64,000 bases of DNA from an uncultured Gemmatimonadaceae bacterium (GCA_963740355.1 CAVUDW010000002.1:2336001-2400000); one strand, 5' to 3'. Numbered from the stretch's first letter, positions 10,118 through 20,972 are shown. Numbers and translations are program-made. The notes: generated by a model not told the origin, from the letters alone.

Positions 10118-11286
10118 GCACCAACTCGAGCGATACGCATTGGAGCTTGTACTGCAGCGGTTGTGATGCCACCGCGCCTGGTGACGCGCTCGCGTCACTC
10201 TGCCCTTCATGCGGACAGCCGTGGCTGACGTCCATCGCGTTGCCCGCCGATCGCGCGCAGGGGATCGATGCGTCTGCACGTGGATTGTGGCGATATCGGA
10301 GCGTGCTCCCGGTCACCTCCGAGGAGCCGGTGATCGCACTCGGTGAGGGGTGGACGCCGATGTTCGATGTGCCGGCACTGGCAGCCGAACTGGGGATCGG
10401 CCGGCTCTGGATCAAGGATGAAGGGCAAAATCCGACGGCGTCGTTCAAGGCGCGAGGCATGGCGCTCGCCATCACGCGGGCGAGGGCGTTTGGCGTGAAG
10501 GGGGTCACCGTGCCGACCGCAGGCAACGCCGGCGCCGCGCTCGCTGCCTACGCCGCCGCCGCGGGAATGCCGGTACGCATCTATGCGCCACGCACGACGC
10601 CCCCGCCGATTCTGGATACGGTGCTGGCCTTCGGGGCTACGCTGATTCTGGTGGACGGCCACATCGGCGACGCTGGTCGCGAGGCACGGGCGTATGCCGA
10701 CGAACATGGGTGGTTCAATGTGGCCACCCTCCGCGAGCCGTACCGTGTGGAAGGGATGAAGACGATGGGCTACGAGATGGCCGAGCAGCTGGGCTGGCGC
10801 CTGCCTGATGCCTTCGTCTACCCGACCGGCGGTGGCGAAGGCACGATCGGGATCTGGAAAGCCATCGCCGAGATGCAGGGGGCAGGGTGGCTCGATCCCG
10901 CAGAACGGCGACCGAAGGTCATCATCGCACAGGCGGCGGGCTGCGCGCCGATCGTCAGGGCGTTCGAGGCCAATGAGCCGAAAGCTGACCCATGGCAGGA
11001 CCCGATGACCTATGCGAGCGGTTTGCGGGTACCAACGCCACTCGGGGACCGACTCCTGCTCAAGGCGCTGCGCGAGAGCGATGGCGCAGCCGTTGCGATT
11101 GATGACACCGTGACCCGTCGCGAGACGGCACGACTCGCCCAGTCCACGGGCATCGACGCGGCTCCGGAGGGGGGCTGCGCACTCGCGGCCATTGCTGTGC
11201 TCGTTGAGCGGGGTACGCTCGGCCCCTCGAGCGAAGTGGTCCTGTTCAACACGGGCAGCGGGGCGAGTTACCGTTGGCGCAGCTGA
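10114..11286 (+). CDS. thrC: Threonine synthase (PLP fold II)
   Basis: LWRY, LGEGWTP, KDEGQNPTASFKARG, PTAGNAG, EPYRVEGMKT, PTGGG. Confidence 0.85.
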   Translation: MSTNSSDTHWSLYCSGCDATAPGDALASLCPSCGQPWLTSIALPADRAQGIDASARGLWRYRSVLPVTSEEPVIALGEGWTPMFDVPALAAELGIGRLWIKDEGQNPTASFKARGMALAITRARAFGVKGVTVPTAGNAGAALAAYAAAAGMPVRIYAPRTTPPPILDTVLAFGATLILVDGHIGDAGREARAYADEHGWFNVATLREPYRVEGMKTMGYEMAEQLGWRLPDAFVYPTGGGEGTIGIWKAIAEMQGAGWLDPAERRPKVIIAQAAGCAPIVRAFEANEPKADPWQDPMTYASGLRVPTPLGDRLLLKALRESDGAAVAIDDTVTRRETARLAQSTGIDAAPEGGCALAAIAVLVERGTLGPSSEVVLFNTGSGASYRWRS

Positions 11287-11412
11287 AGGAACCGTGGCGA
11301 CGCCGTCGCGGGCTATATTTCATGATTCCGTGAGACGCGTTCAGCAGTGGTGAAGTGCTTCAGCGGACTCGGCATGCCGAGCTCGACCTTACGACCTTTG
11401 GAGATTTGACGA

Positions 11413-12981
11413 ATGGCTTCTTGGACCACTCGCAGCAGCGCACGACGATCGCTGGCCGCGCTGGTTGTATTTGCAACGTCGCTCGGTGCTCAGGCGCCAA
11501 AGTGCGATCTCCCGGTGCAGGCGCACCCCAAGCTGCTGACCGCAGGCCTGGTGTTCAACGGCGTCTTCAAGCCGGGGGCCAAGCCGGAAGACAAGGCGAA
11601 GGCGCTGTCGAGCACCGTGAAGTCGTTGACCGACGACGTGACGGGCTTCCCGGCCCCCATGCAGCCGAGTCGCAACTTCCTGCTGGCGCAAGCGCTCCTC
11701 GTGTGGCTCGATCAGCCGGGCACCGGCTATTCCGAGAATCGCGGCAAGCTTGGCTACACGGCCAATCCCACGGGCATGCAGGACATCCCGGCTGCGCTCG
11801 ACTCGGCCTTCGGTGCCATTCGCTCGGCGAAGCCTGAGTGTGCGGACTCGATGAAGCTCTACACGAATGGCCTCTGGGGTCAGCTGATCAACAAGGCTGT
11901 CACCTTCACCAATTCGCAGCAGCTGGACTCGGCCGAGATCTACGCGCGCCGCTCCATGCTCTTCGACCAGAAGCAGTACTACGCGTACAACATCATGTCG
12001 AACATCGCGCTCGTGAAGGAAGACACGACGATGATGATCGAGTGGTTCGGCAAGACGATCGAAGTGACCTCTGGCTCGTCCGACACGACGGCCATCAAGG
12101 TCCGCGACAACATGCTGATGAACCTTGGTGCGCTCTATACGAACGGTGCACTGTCGGCGACGGGCACGAAGAAGGACTCGCTCAACCGCGCCGCGGTCGC
12201 GACCTACAAGAAGTATCTCGAGTACTACCCCAATGACCTCACCACCAAGCTGCGCATCATGCGCATGTCTGGAGCCGAGCTCGACAGCGCCGGCGCGGTG
12301 AAGTTCGTCGACGAGGTGTTGTCGAATGTTGGCGCTGTGACCGATGCTCAGCTGACCGATGCCGGCAACGAACTGACGAAGAACAAGCTCTATTCGTCGG
12401 GTCTCCGCCTGTTCGATGCCGCGCTGAAGAAGAACCCGAACAGTCGTGACGGGCTCTACAACTCTGCCGTCGCGTTGAACAACCTCGAGCGTTTCGACGA
12501 GATTCGCCCGTACTTCGTGAAGCTGCGCGAGATCGATCCGAACAACACCGGCATCTACTCACTGGCGCGCAACATTCAGGCGTCGCGGAAGCTTGCCGTG
12601 CAGACGACGGCCAACAAGGGTGTGCGTCCGCGTGCGGGCCAGACCATCATGCTGAACCCGGCGCAGCAGGCCCGGATCAAGGTCTTCAACGACTCGCTCG
12701 TGTACTACACGACGATCATCCAGGCCATGAATCCCACCGTCGAGGTGCGCAGCTTCAATGGCACGCCTGATGGGGCAAAGTTCGGCGCGGTGGTTCAGGT
12801 TCCGCCCGACAAGCCGGCCGGTTCGTTCAACATCGTGGTCGACTTCCTCGACGCCACTGGTGCTGTCGTGACGACCCAGACCGTCGCCACAAAGAAGATC
12901 GAGGCCGGCGGCTTCGACACGATTTCGGTGGATGGGAAAGGCGCGAACATCGTCGCCTTCCGATACCGCGTCGCGAAGTAG
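11413..12981 (+). CDS. Exported TPR-repeat protein
   Basis: N-terminal signal peptide, helical TPR-like repeats (..ALKKNPNSRDGLYN, ..IDPNN), beta-rich C-terminal domain. Confidence 0.7.
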   Translation: MASWTTRSSARRSLAALVVFATSLGAQAPKCDLPVQAHPKLLTAGLVFNGVFKPGAKPEDKAKALSSTVKSLTDDVTGFPAPMQPSRNFLLAQALLVWLDQPGTGYSENRGKLGYTANPTGMQDIPAALDSAFGAIRSAKPECADSMKLYTNGLWGQLINKAVTFTNSQQLDSAEIYARRSMLFDQKQYYAYNIMSNIALVKEDTTMMIEWFGKTIEVTSGSSDTTAIKVRDNMLMNLGALYTNGALSATGTKKDSLNRAAVATYKKYLEYYPNDLTTKLRIMRMSGAELDSAGAVKFVDEVLSNVGAVTDAQLTDAGNELTKNKLYSSGLRLFDAALKKNPNSRDGLYNSAVALNNLERFDEIRPYFVKLREIDPNNTGIYSLARNIQASRKLAVQTTANKGVRPRAGQTIMLNPAQQARIKVFNDSLVYYTTIIQAMNPTVEVRSFNGTPDGAKFGAVVQVPPDKPAGSFNIVVDFLDATGAVVTTQTVATKKIEAGGFDTISVDGKGANIVAFRYRVAK

Positions 12982-13090
12982 CTGGGCCCCGTTCCGGCGC
13001 TCGTTCGGGGCGTCGGAACGACATCGCTGGAACGGCGGAAGTCGCTGGCACTGCTTGATTTCCGCCCTCCCAGTTCGTACTTTTGTTGAG

Positions 13091-13127
13091 CCGCGCCCCG
13101 GGTCTCCGCGGGCGCGGTTTCGCTTTG
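13091..13127 (+). terminator. Possible intrinsic terminator
   Basis: ccgcgccc...gggcgcgg stem followed by tttcgcttt, downstream of the TPR gene. Confidence 0.35.
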
Positions 13128-13166
13128 CGTGAAACACGGTTGGCAGGCTGTTTGAGGGAGGGTTGG

Positions 13167-14468
13167 ATGGTTCGTGTGGCGGCCGTCGAGGACGGGCAGC
13201 TTGGGGCAGCATTGGGAATCGTGCGCGGCACTGAGCTGCGGGCGGTCAACGGGCGCGCCATCGAAGACTTTCTCGATTGGGAGTTCCTGACGGCCGACGA
13301 AGCGTTCACCGTCGAGGTACGCCAGCCAGACGGCAGCGAGCACACCTGGCATGTGACACGCCCCGAGGGGGCGTCGATGGGGCTGGAACTCGAACCGCCG
13401 ACCATTCGCCGCTGCGCCAATCGGTGCGAATTCTGCTTCATCGAAGGCTTGCCGAAGGGACTTCGGAAGCCCTTGTACATCCGCGACGATGACTACCGCC
13501 TCTCGTTCGCGTACGGAAATTTCGCCACGCTCTCGAACGTCAAGGAGCGCGACATTGCCCGGATCATCGAGTACCGACTGTCGCCGCTCTACGTCTCGGT
13601 GCACGCGACGCCGTGGGAAGCCCGCAAGGTGCTGCTCAACAATCCGCGCGTGCCGAACATCGTCGAGCAGCTGACGCGTCTGGCCGAGGGCGGAATCCAG
13701 TTCCACGGCCAGATGGTGATCGTGCCCGGCCTGAACGACGGCGCGGTGCTCGAGGAATCGCTGACGGATCTGTGGAACCTGCAGGACGCCGTGATCTCCG
13801 TGGCCCTCGTGCCGGTCGGGTTGACGCAGTTCTCGCATCTCTACACGGGCAAGAGCATGAACCGTGAGGCTGCGCGCGAACTGCTCGACATCGTCGAACG
13901 ATGGGAGAAGCGCGCCCTCGCTGAGCGCGGTGATCGTTGGGTGTACGGCTCCGATGAGCTGTACCTCCTCGCCGAAGCGCCGCTGCCGGATGCCGAGCAC
14001 TACGGCGATTTCCCCCAGATCGAAAATGGGGTTGGCGCGGTGACGTCCCTCCGCCAGCGGATTGCGGAAGGGCTGTCGCGTTTGCCACGTCTCGACGGCA
14101 AGCGCATCGCCGTCGTCACCGGCGTCAGCATGGCGCCGCTGATGCCCCCACTCCTCGAGAGCCTCACCAAGGCGACCGGGGCGGAGTTCGAGTTGCTGCC
14201 CATCGACAACTCGCTGTTCGGTCCGACCACGACCACTGCCGGTTTGCTGGTGAGCGACGATTTCCGTCGCGCACTGGCTGGTCGAACCGATTTCGACCTC
14301 GCGCTGATTCCAGCCGAGAGCATCAACGAGAACGGCGTCTTCCTCGACGACACCTCCTTCGTCGCACTGCGCGAGGAGTTCCCGTTCCCGGTCTTTCCAT
14401 CATACGATTTCATCGACGTCCTGGAGGCGGAACCAGCCGTCGGTTCGTCATTCCGGAGTGCTGCTTGA
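13167..14468 (+). CDS. DUF512 family PDZ / radical-SAM-like Fe-S protein
   Basis: N-terminal PDZ-like segment, CANRCEFCF, DDDYRLSF.YGNF.TL, LSPLYVSVHAT, QIENGVG. Confidence 0.9.
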   Translation: MVRVAAVEDGQLGAALGIVRGTELRAVNGRAIEDFLDWEFLTADEAFTVEVRQPDGSEHTWHVTRPEGASMGLELEPPTIRRCANRCEFCFIEGLPKGLRKPLYIRDDDYRLSFAYGNFATLSNVKERDIARIIEYRLSPLYVSVHATPWEARKVLLNNPRVPNIVEQLTRLAEGGIQFHGQMVIVPGLNDGAVLEESLTDLWNLQDAVISVALVPVGLTQFSHLYTGKSMNREAARELLDIVERWEKRALAERGDRWVYGSDELYLLAEAPLPDAEHYGDFPQIENGVGAVTSLRQRIAEGLSRLPRLDGKRIAVVTGVSMAPLMPPLLESLTKATGAEFELLPIDNSLFGPTTTTAGLLVSDDFRRALAGRTDFDLALIPAESINENGVFLDDTSFVALREEFPFPVFPSYDFIDVLEAEPAVGSSFRSAA

Positions 14469-15781
14469 GTATCCCAATTGTTGCCCTCGTTGGCCGTCCG
14501 AACGTGGGCAAGTCGGCGTTGTACAACCGAATCATCGGCGACAAGAACGCCGCCATCGTCAGTGAAGTCGCCGGCACCACACGTGACCGGCACTTTGGTC
14601 GTGCGACCTGGAACGGGCGCGATTTCTGGCTCGTGGATACCGGCGGGCTGCCGGAAGACACCCTCGATCCGATGGACGTCGAGATCAAGCGCCAGGTGAA
14701 GGAAGCGATCGCCGAGGCGGATCTGCTCCTGTTCGTGACCGATGCGAAGATGGGACTTGTGCCCTCCGACGTGAAGGTTGCCGACCTGATGCGCGAAAGT
14801 GGCAAGCCGTGGCTGCTCGTCGCTAACAAGTGCGATGAATTCGGCACCATAGCCCACTACGAGTTCTACTCACTGGGTGCTGGTGATCCGCACGCGGTGT
14901 CGGCACAGAACAGCGCTGGCATTGGCGACCTGCTCGACGACGTTGTGGCCCAGATGCCGGAAGGCATGGAAGAGGAGCCCGATGCGCTGCGCGTCGCGGT
15001 GATCGGTCGGCCGAATGTGGGCAAGTCATCGATCGTCAATCGCCTGCTCGGCGAAGAGCGCTTGGTGGTCACTGACGTCGCCGGCACCACGCGCGACGCC
15101 ATCGACAGCCCGATGAGTTATCACGGGCGCCGCCTGATCTTCGTCGACACGGCCGGTCTGCGCCGACCGACGCGCATCGACGATGGCATCGAGTTCTACT
15201 CCACGTTGCGCACCCGTCGCGCGATCGAGCGCGCGGAGATTTGCGTGCTGGTGCTCGACGCCACACTCGGTCTCGAAAATCAGGACCTCAAGATTGCGTC
15301 GCTCGCCTTCGAGGACGCCGGCCGCGGCTTGATCGTGGTGGTGAACAAGTGGGATGCGAAGGAAGAGAAGGGCGACAAGTCGGCCGCGCACTTCCAGCGT
15401 GACGCGGGCGAAAAGGTGCCGTATCTCAAGTTCGTGCCTTTCGTCTTCACCTCGGCGCTCACAGGCCAGCGCGTGACGAAGATTCTCGACCTGATCTTCC
15501 AGGTCGAAGCCGAACGGCAGAAGCGCATCCCGACGTCCGAAATCAACGAGACGCTCGAGGAACTGGTGGCTCGTCGCCAGCCGCCGCAGGCCGCAGGGCG
15601 CGAGATCAAGCTCAAGTACGCGACGCAGATCGAGACCGCGCCGCCGTCGATTGGTGTATGGGGAAACCATCCGGAATTGGTGCAGGAGCACTACGTGCGC
15701 TACCTCCACAATGGCTTCCGCGCCGCGTACGGCTTCACCGGTAATCCGCTCCGCATCGTGATGAAGCGGAAGGGCGACTGA
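14465..15781 (+). CDS. der: Ribosome biogenesis GTPase Der (EngA)
   Basis: Two GRPNVGKS P-loops, GTTRD, DTGG/DTAG, NKCD/NKWD, KH-like C-terminus. Confidence 0.98.
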   Translation: MSIPIVALVGRPNVGKSALYNRIIGDKNAAIVSEVAGTTRDRHFGRATWNGRDFWLVDTGGLPEDTLDPMDVEIKRQVKEAIAEADLLLFVTDAKMGLVPSDVKVADLMRESGKPWLLVANKCDEFGTIAHYEFYSLGAGDPHAVSAQNSAGIGDLLDDVVAQMPEGMEEEPDALRVAVIGRPNVGKSSIVNRLLGEERLVVTDVAGTTRDAIDSPMSYHGRRLIFVDTAGLRRPTRIDDGIEFYSTLRTRRAIERAEICVLVLDATLGLENQDLKIASLAFEDAGRGLIVVVNKWDAKEEKGDKSAAHFQRDAGEKVPYLKFVPFVFTSALTGQRVTKILDLIFQVEAERQKRIPTSEINETLEELVARRQPPQAAGREIKLKYATQIETAPPSIGVWGNHPELVQEHYVRYLHNGFRAAYGFTGNPLRIVMKRKGD

Positions 15782-16419
15782 TGCACCCCGCGGTGGGCAT
15801 CGTCATCGCGTACCTCGTCGGCTCCATCCCGTCAGCATTCCTGGCGGGCAAGGCGAAGGGCGTGGACTTGCGCACGGTTGGCAGTGGCAACCTCGGTGCG
15901 ACGAATGTGTTTCGCACGCTGGGCTGGAAGATCGGGCTGACCGTGTACATCGCAGACTGCCTGAAGGGATTTCTTCCTGTGGCCCTGCTCCCCAGCGTGG
16001 TCGGCACGACTGAGATCGGATGGCGAATCGCGTTCGGTGTCGCGGCCATCGCCGGGCATGTGAAGCCGATCTTCCTGCTCGGGAAGGGCGGTGGCAAGGG
16101 CGTGGCCACTGCGTCGGGGGTGTTCCTGGCGCTGGCGCCAATGGCCATGCTGTTCTCGATGCTGAGCTTTGCCGCGGTCGTAGCAGCGTCGGGGTATGTC
16201 TCGCTCGGTTCGCTCATCTCGGCTGTTGTACTCGTGTGCGCGGTGGCCGTGCGCGGCACTGGTGGTACGCCATTGCTCGCGACCGTCTCGCTGGTGGCTG
16301 CGTTCGTGTTCTGGACGCATCGGGCAAACATCGAACGTCTGCGCGCCGGTACCGAGCATCGGTTCGGGAAGCGTGGCAAGGCTGCGACCCAGGGGTCGCA
16401 ACAAGGACCTGTGGCATGA
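15781..16419 (+). CDS. plsY: Glycerol-3-phosphate acyltransferase
   Basis: YLVGSIP, GSGNLGATN, GH..P.F..GGGKGVAT, HRANI.RL..G.E. Confidence 0.96.
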   Translation: MHPAVGIVIAYLVGSIPSAFLAGKAKGVDLRTVGSGNLGATNVFRTLGWKIGLTVYIADCLKGFLPVALLPSVVGTTEIGWRIAFGVAAIAGHVKPIFLLGKGGGKGVATASGVFLALAPMAMLFSMLSFAAVVAASGYVSLGSLISAVVLVCAVAVRGTGGTPLLATVSLVAAFVFWTHRANIERLRAGTEHRFGKRGKAATQGSQQGPVA

Positions 16420-17411
16420 CGACTTCGGCCGTGGTTGGCGCAGGCGCGTGGGGAACGGCGCTGGCAGATCTGGTGGCCCGCAATGGCCACCGTACGGCAC
16501 TCTGGGCGCGCGAGACGGATGTGGTGGCGGACATCAATGACCACCACACGAACTCGCGATTCCTGAAGGGCGTCACGTTGTCACCCGATGTGATCGCGAC
16601 CGACGATCTGGTGGCGGCCGTGTCGACGGCCAGTACGATCACCTTCGTCGCGCCGTCGCACGTCTTGCGAGCGGTCATCCGCAGCGCGGCGCACGCGGTG
16701 CGCGAGGACGCGATCCTGATCGTGGCCACGAAAGGCATCGAGCGCGAGACTTTTGCGTTGATGACCGACATCGTCGCCGAGGAGTTGCCCGGTCGACCGG
16801 TGGTTGCGCTGAGCGGTCCGAGTTTCGCGGCAGAAGTTGCGCAGCGGCAGCCAACGGCCGTCGTCGCGGCCAGTCGCGAGGAAGCGGCCGCGCTTCGCAC
16901 GCAGCAGCTCTTTTCGTCGCCGGAGTTCCGCGTCTACACGCAGCGCGACGTAGTGGGTGTGGAGCTCGGCGGCGCGCTGAAGAACGTGATGGCGGTCGCG
17001 ACCGGCGTCCTCGACGGACTCGGCCTTGGCTTCAATCCACGCGCGGCATTGATCACGCGCGGTCTCGCCGAGATGACGCGTCTCGGCGTCGCACTCGGCG
17101 CCGAACCGTTGACCTTCGCCGGGCTGGCTGGCATCGGTGACCTCGTGCTGACCTGCACGGGATCGCTGAGCCGCAATCGCACCGTCGGCGTGGAGATCGG
17201 GCAGGGCCGACCAATCGCGGAAGTCCTGCATGCGCGCGAGACCATTGCCGAAGGTGTCGTCACGACGCAGAGTGCCCATGCCCTGGCGTTGTCACGCGAT
17301 GTGGAAATGCCGATTGTCCGGACAATGCACCGCATCCTGTTCGAGGCGATGCCGCCGAGAGATGCCATTGCCGAACTGATGGCGCGCGCACTGCGCGCGG
17401 AGAGCGATTGA
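16416..17411 (+). CDS. gpsA: NAD(P)H-dependent glycerol-3-phosphate dehydrogenase
   Basis: GAGAWGTALA, ATKGIE, LSGPSFA, GGALKNV, GDLVLTC...SRN. Confidence 0.97.
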   Translation: MTTSAVVGAGAWGTALADLVARNGHRTALWARETDVVADINDHHTNSRFLKGVTLSPDVIATDDLVAAVSTASTITFVAPSHVLRAVIRSAAHAVREDAILIVATKGIERETFALMTDIVAEELPGRPVVALSGPSFAAEVAQRQPTAVVAASREEAAALRTQQLFSSPEFRVYTQRDVVGVELGGALKNVMAVATGVLDGLGLGFNPRAALITRGLAEMTRLGVALGAEPLTFAGLAGIGDLVLTCTGSLSRNRTVGVEIGQGRPIAEVLHARETIAEGVVTTQSAHALALSRDVEMPIVRTMHRILFEAMPPRDAIAELMARALRAESD

Positions 17412-17785
17412 TGGCAGTCTCGTCGCGAGAACCAGTGCAAGAGTTCTTCTCCATCGGCGAGGTCTGCTCGCTGACCGAGCTCAAGCCACATGTGTTGCGC
17501 TACTGGGAGGGACAGTTCCGGTTCCTCAGCCCGGCCAAGAACCGTTCCGGCAACCGCGTCTATCAACGCCGCGAAGTCGAGCTGATCCAGCTCGTGAAAC
17601 ATCTGCTGTACACCGAGAAATACACCATCGAAGGGGCCAAGCGGCGCCTCGATGACCTCCGCAAGGCCGGCGAGCTGCGGCCCACTGCGCGACAGGCGCT
17701 GGAAGTGGCCACCTGGCAGGGCATCGAGAGTGAGCTCCGCGAAATTCTGCGTGAGCTGACGGCACCGGTCACGACGGCGAGCTGA
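17411..17785 (+). CDS. MerR family transcriptional regulator
   Basis: FSIGEV...KPHVLRYWE..F..L.P.KNRSGNRVY. Confidence 0.9.
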   Translation: MAVSSREPVQEFFSIGEVCSLTELKPHVLRYWEGQFRFLSPAKNRSGNRVYQRREVELIQLVKHLLYTEKYTIEGAKRRLDDLRKAGELRPTARQALEVATWQGIESELREILRELTAPVTTAS

Positions 17786-18567
17786 TGCTCCGCGCGGTGT
17801 GCGTCATCCCGGCCTATCAGGCAGCGGATACCATTGCCGCCGTCGTGCAGGGAGTGCGCGCGGCCTGCCCAGGCCTCTCCATCGTCGTGGTGGATGATGG
17901 CTCGCGAGATGGCACCTTCGCTGCGGCGACCGCCAGTGGTGCCGACGATGTCCTTCGGCACGAGATCAATCGCGGCAAGGGGGCGGCGCTGCAGACGGCG
18001 TTCGCCCAGGTGTTCCGCGCTGATTCGCCGACCGGTGTGCGATTCGATGCCGTCGTCACCGTGGATGCCGACGGTCAGCACGATCCCGCCAGCCTGCCGG
18101 CACTGCTGCGTGCGCTGGAGCGTGCCGATCTCGTCATCGGAGCGCGACGCCGACGCGGGACGTCGATGCCGCTGCAGCGTCGGGTGGCCAACGCGATCTC
18201 GACGCGTGCCATTGCGTGGTGCGCCGGTCGACCGATCCGCGATGCGCAGTGTGGCTTCCGGGGGATCCGGCGTTCGCTGCTCGAACGCGTACCGCATGTG
18301 GGTGAGCGGTATGAGGCAGAAACGGCTTTCGTCATCCGCGCAGCGCGCACAGGCGCTATCATCGACCAGATCGAAATTCCGACCCGGTATGGTCCACCGA
18401 GCCACTTCCGCCCGTTGCGCGACGCGGCGAGGGTGATCGCGACCATCTGGTCCCACCGCCCATCCCGCACGACGCCCGCATGCGACTCCTCTGCACCAAC
18501 GACGACGGCATCCTCGCCCATGGTCTCGACTGCCTGGTCCGCGCCGCCGAACCGCTTGGGGAGGTGA
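17785..18567 (+). CDS. Glycosyltransferase family 2
   Basis: IPAY, VVDDGSRD, NRGKGAAL, VDADGQHDP, DAQCGFR; the 3' end overlaps surE by 88 bp. Confidence 0.85.
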   Translation: MLRAVCVIPAYQAADTIAAVVQGVRAACPGLSIVVVDDGSRDGTFAAATASGADDVLRHEINRGKGAALQTAFAQVFRADSPTGVRFDAVVTVDADGQHDPASLPALLRALERADLVIGARRRRGTSMPLQRRVANAISTRAIAWCAGRPIRDAQCGFRGIRRSLLERVPHVGERYEAETAFVIRAARTGAIIDQIEIPTRYGPPSHFRPLRDAARVIATIWSHRPSRTTPACDSSAPTTTASSPMVSTAWSAPPNRLGR

Positions 18568-19238
18568 CGGTTGTTGCCCCCGACCGTGAACAAAGCGCCA
18601 CCAGCCACTCGCTGACATTGCACCATCCGCTGCGCCCCGTGCGTCGCGGTGACCGGCGCTGGCAGGTTGACGGCACACCCACTGATTGTGCCATGCTGGC
18701 GATCGAGGCGCTGATGCCGGAGCGCCCGGACTTCGTCCTCAGCGGCATCAATCATGGTCACAACATGGGCGAGGACGTGCTGTACTCCGGCACCGTCGCT
18801 GCTGCCATGGAAGGATTGTCACTGGGCGTTCCCGCTATCGCTCTCAGCTTCGCCGGCGGCGATTTGCGGTCCGACATGACCAAGCTCGATGAACTGGTGG
18901 CGCCGCTGACCGACTTGCTCGGGCACCTGATGTCTCTCGAGATGCCCCGCGGCACCCTCTTGAACATCAACCTGCCCCCGCGTCGTGGTGACGAAGTGGT
19001 CGGTGTGCGACTGACGCGACTCGGTCGCCGCGCCTACTCGAATGCGCTGGCGAAGATGCAGGATCCGTGGGGGCGGCCGATCTACTGGATCGGCGGTGGC
19101 TCGATTTCGTGGGAGGGAGACGCCGATTCGGACTTCCGAGCCGTTCAGGACGGTTACATTAGCGTCACGCCCCTCCATCTCGACCTGACACACCACGCCA
19201 TGCTCGACGCGTCGCACACCTGGTGGCGAGCGCCCTGA
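18480..19238 (+). CDS. surE: 5'/3'-nucleotidase SurE
   Basis: LCTNDDG, VVAP..EQSATSHSLT, GTPTDC, SGIN.G.N...VLYSGTVAAA, ISVTPL. Confidence 0.97.
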   Translation: MRLLCTNDDGILAHGLDCLVRAAEPLGEVTVVAPDREQSATSHSLTLHHPLRPVRRGDRRWQVDGTPTDCAMLAIEALMPERPDFVLSGINHGHNMGEDVLYSGTVAAAMEGLSLGVPAIALSFAGGDLRSDMTKLDELVAPLTDLLGHLMSLEMPRGTLLNINLPPRRGDEVVGVRLTRLGRRAYSNALAKMQDPWGRPIYWIGGGSISWEGDADSDFRAVQDGYISVTPLHLDLTHHAMLDASHTWWRAP

Positions 19239-19897
19239 TGCTCTCGCACGAACTCCGCGGCCCACGGCGTCGACTCATCGAGACGCTGCAGGAAAACGGT
19301 ATTCGTGATCTCGCGGTGCTTCGTGCCTTTGACGAAGTGCCGCGGCACTTGTTCGTGCCCACTGGTGTGCGTCACCGCGCTTACGAAGACGCGGCATTGC
19401 CGATCGGGTCGGGCCAGACGATTTCGCAGCCGAGCATTCACGCGTTGTATCTCGACGTGCTGAAGCTGACGGGGAAGGAGCGCGTGCTCGAGATCGGGAC
19501 TGGCTCGGGCTTCCAGACAGCACTGCTGGCACGACTCGCGGCGCAGGTCTTCACGATCGAGCGAGTGGCGGCGTTGATGGATCGTGCCAAGGATGTGCTG
19601 CGCACACATGGCGTGAACAACGTCTCCTTTCTGGTGGGCGACGGCACCATCGGGTGGCGGGAGTATGGTCCGTACGATGCGATCCTCGTTGGTGCCGGGT
19701 CGCCGACGGTTCCGCAGCCCTTGATCGATCAGTTGGCCGTCGGCGGCCGGTTGCTGTGTCCAGTCGGCGACCGGACGAAACAGGAAGTCGTGCTCGTCAC
19801 GCGCGATCTTTCAGGGATCAAGACGCGCGTGATTACGGATGCGCGATTTGTGCCGCTGGTCGGCACGCACGGCTGGGTTGACGGAGCGCCCACGTGA
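19238..19897 (+). CDS. pcm: Protein-L-isoaspartate O-methyltransferase
   Basis: VPRHLFV, AYED.ALPIG.GQTISQP, VLEIGTGSG, GDG..GW, PYDAI; follows surE. Confidence 0.96.
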   Translation: MLSHELRGPRRRLIETLQENGIRDLAVLRAFDEVPRHLFVPTGVRHRAYEDAALPIGSGQTISQPSIHALYLDVLKLTGKERVLEIGTGSGFQTALLARLAAQVFTIERVAALMDRAKDVLRTHGVNNVSFLVGDGTIGWREYGPYDAILVGAGSPTVPQPLIDQLAVGGRLLCPVGDRTKQEVVLVTRDLSGIKTRVITDARFVPLVGTHGWVDGAPT

Positions 19898-20211
19898 CCG
19901 AGACCCTCGGCCGCATCACGCCCACTGGCACGATCCTGCATGTGATCGTGCATGGGCGCGTGCAAGGCGTTGGCTTCCGGTGGTTCGTGCGCACCGAGGC
20001 GCGACGCCTCGGTCTCGCTGGCTGGGTGCGCAACCTCCCTGATGGCACCGTCGAATTGCGCGCATCGGGCATCGCGCAATTCCTGGCGGCACTGGAGCAG
20101 GCGATCCAGCGCGGCCCTGAGGGGGCTGCCGTGACACAGATTTCGCAGGTCGAGACTCCGGCGCCGGACTCTCGCGCGGACACGCCGTATCCTTTCATCA
20201 TTCTGCGCTGA
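19894..20211 (+). CDS. acyP: Acylphosphatase
   Basis: GRVQGVGFR, GWVRNLPDGTVE. Confidence 0.95.
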   Translation: MTETLGRITPTGTILHVIVHGRVQGVGFRWFVRTEARRLGLAGWVRNLPDGTVELRASGIAQFLAALEQAIQRGPEGAAVTQISQVETPAPDSRADTPYPFIILR

Positions 20212-20747
20212 TGGCTGTTTCAGTCGAGGCACAGGCGCAACTGCGTCGCCTCATTCGGGAAGTCCCGAACTTCCCGAAGCCGGGCATCAATTTTCGTGAC
20301 ATCACGCCGCTGCTGGGCAACTCGCCAGAGTTTGCGCTGGCGATCGTCGGCATGATTTCACCGTGGCGCGATGCACAGGTGACGCATGTGATCGGCATCG
20401 AGAGCCGCGGCTTCATCTTCGGCGCCCCGGTGGCATTGGGGCTTGGCGCCGGTTTCGTGCCGATTCGCAAGCCCGGCAAGTTGCCGTGGACGGTACTGCG
20501 CGAGGCGTATGCGCTGGAGTACGGTACCGATGCGCTCGAGATGCATGAGGACGCACTTCCTGAGGGCGCGCGCGTGCTGATCATCGATGACGTACTGGCC
20601 ACAGGCGGCACCGCCATGGCGGCGGCGCGACTGGTGCACAATGCCGGCGCCTCAGTGGTCGGGTACAATTTCCTGATCGAGATCGAGGCCATCGGTGCGC
20701 GGAAGTTGTTCCCGGGCGTTCGTGTCGAGTCGATCCTGACCTACTGA
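20211..20747 (+). CDS. apt: Adenine phosphoribosyltransferase
   Basis: FPKPGI.FRDITPLL, IESRGF, IRKPGKLP, LEYG, IDDVLATGGT. Confidence 0.97.
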   Translation: MAVSVEAQAQLRRLIREVPNFPKPGINFRDITPLLGNSPEFALAIVGMISPWRDAQVTHVIGIESRGFIFGAPVALGLGAGFVPIRKPGKLPWTVLREAYALEYGTDALEMHEDALPEGARVLIIDDVLATGGTAMAAARLVHNAGASVVGYNFLIEIEAIGARKLFPGVRVESILTY

Positions 20748-20821
20748 CGACGGGCGGCCGTGGCGCTGCGGCGTTGCGGCCCGGCTGACGGTTCGGGAGC
20801 GGAGCGACTATTTTCAGGAAG

Positions 20822-20895
20822 GCCCTCGTAGCTCAGGTGGATAGAGCAGCAGTTTCCTAAACTGTTGGCCGGCGGTTCGAGTCCGCCCGAGGGCA
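20822..20895 (+). tRNA. tRNA-Arg (anticodon CCT)
   Basis: Acceptor stem GCCCTCG/CGAGGGC+A, D-loop TAGCTCAGGTGGATAGAGC, anticodon arm GCAGT-TTCCTAA-ACTGT, T-loop GGTTCGAGTCC; CCA not encoded. Confidence 0.96.
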
Positions 20896-20901
20896 TTTGC
20901 T
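20850..20901 (+). repeat. attL: 52-bp direct repeat (3' part of tRNA-Arg plus 6 nt)
   Basis: cagtttcctaaactgttggccggcggttcgagtccgcccgagggcatttgct, identical to 36791-36842. Confidence 0.97.
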
Positions 20902-20972
20902 AAACTTCTGCAGAGCAATGACTTAGAGCAAGCGGCATTGCCGAGGTTGCTTCCGGGAGGGTTCCTGCCGGG

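Noticed and set aside
18480..18567. 88-bp GT2/surE overlap as a special overlapping-gene system
   Set aside because: The GT2 tail is low-complexity read-through, most simply a lost stop or indel
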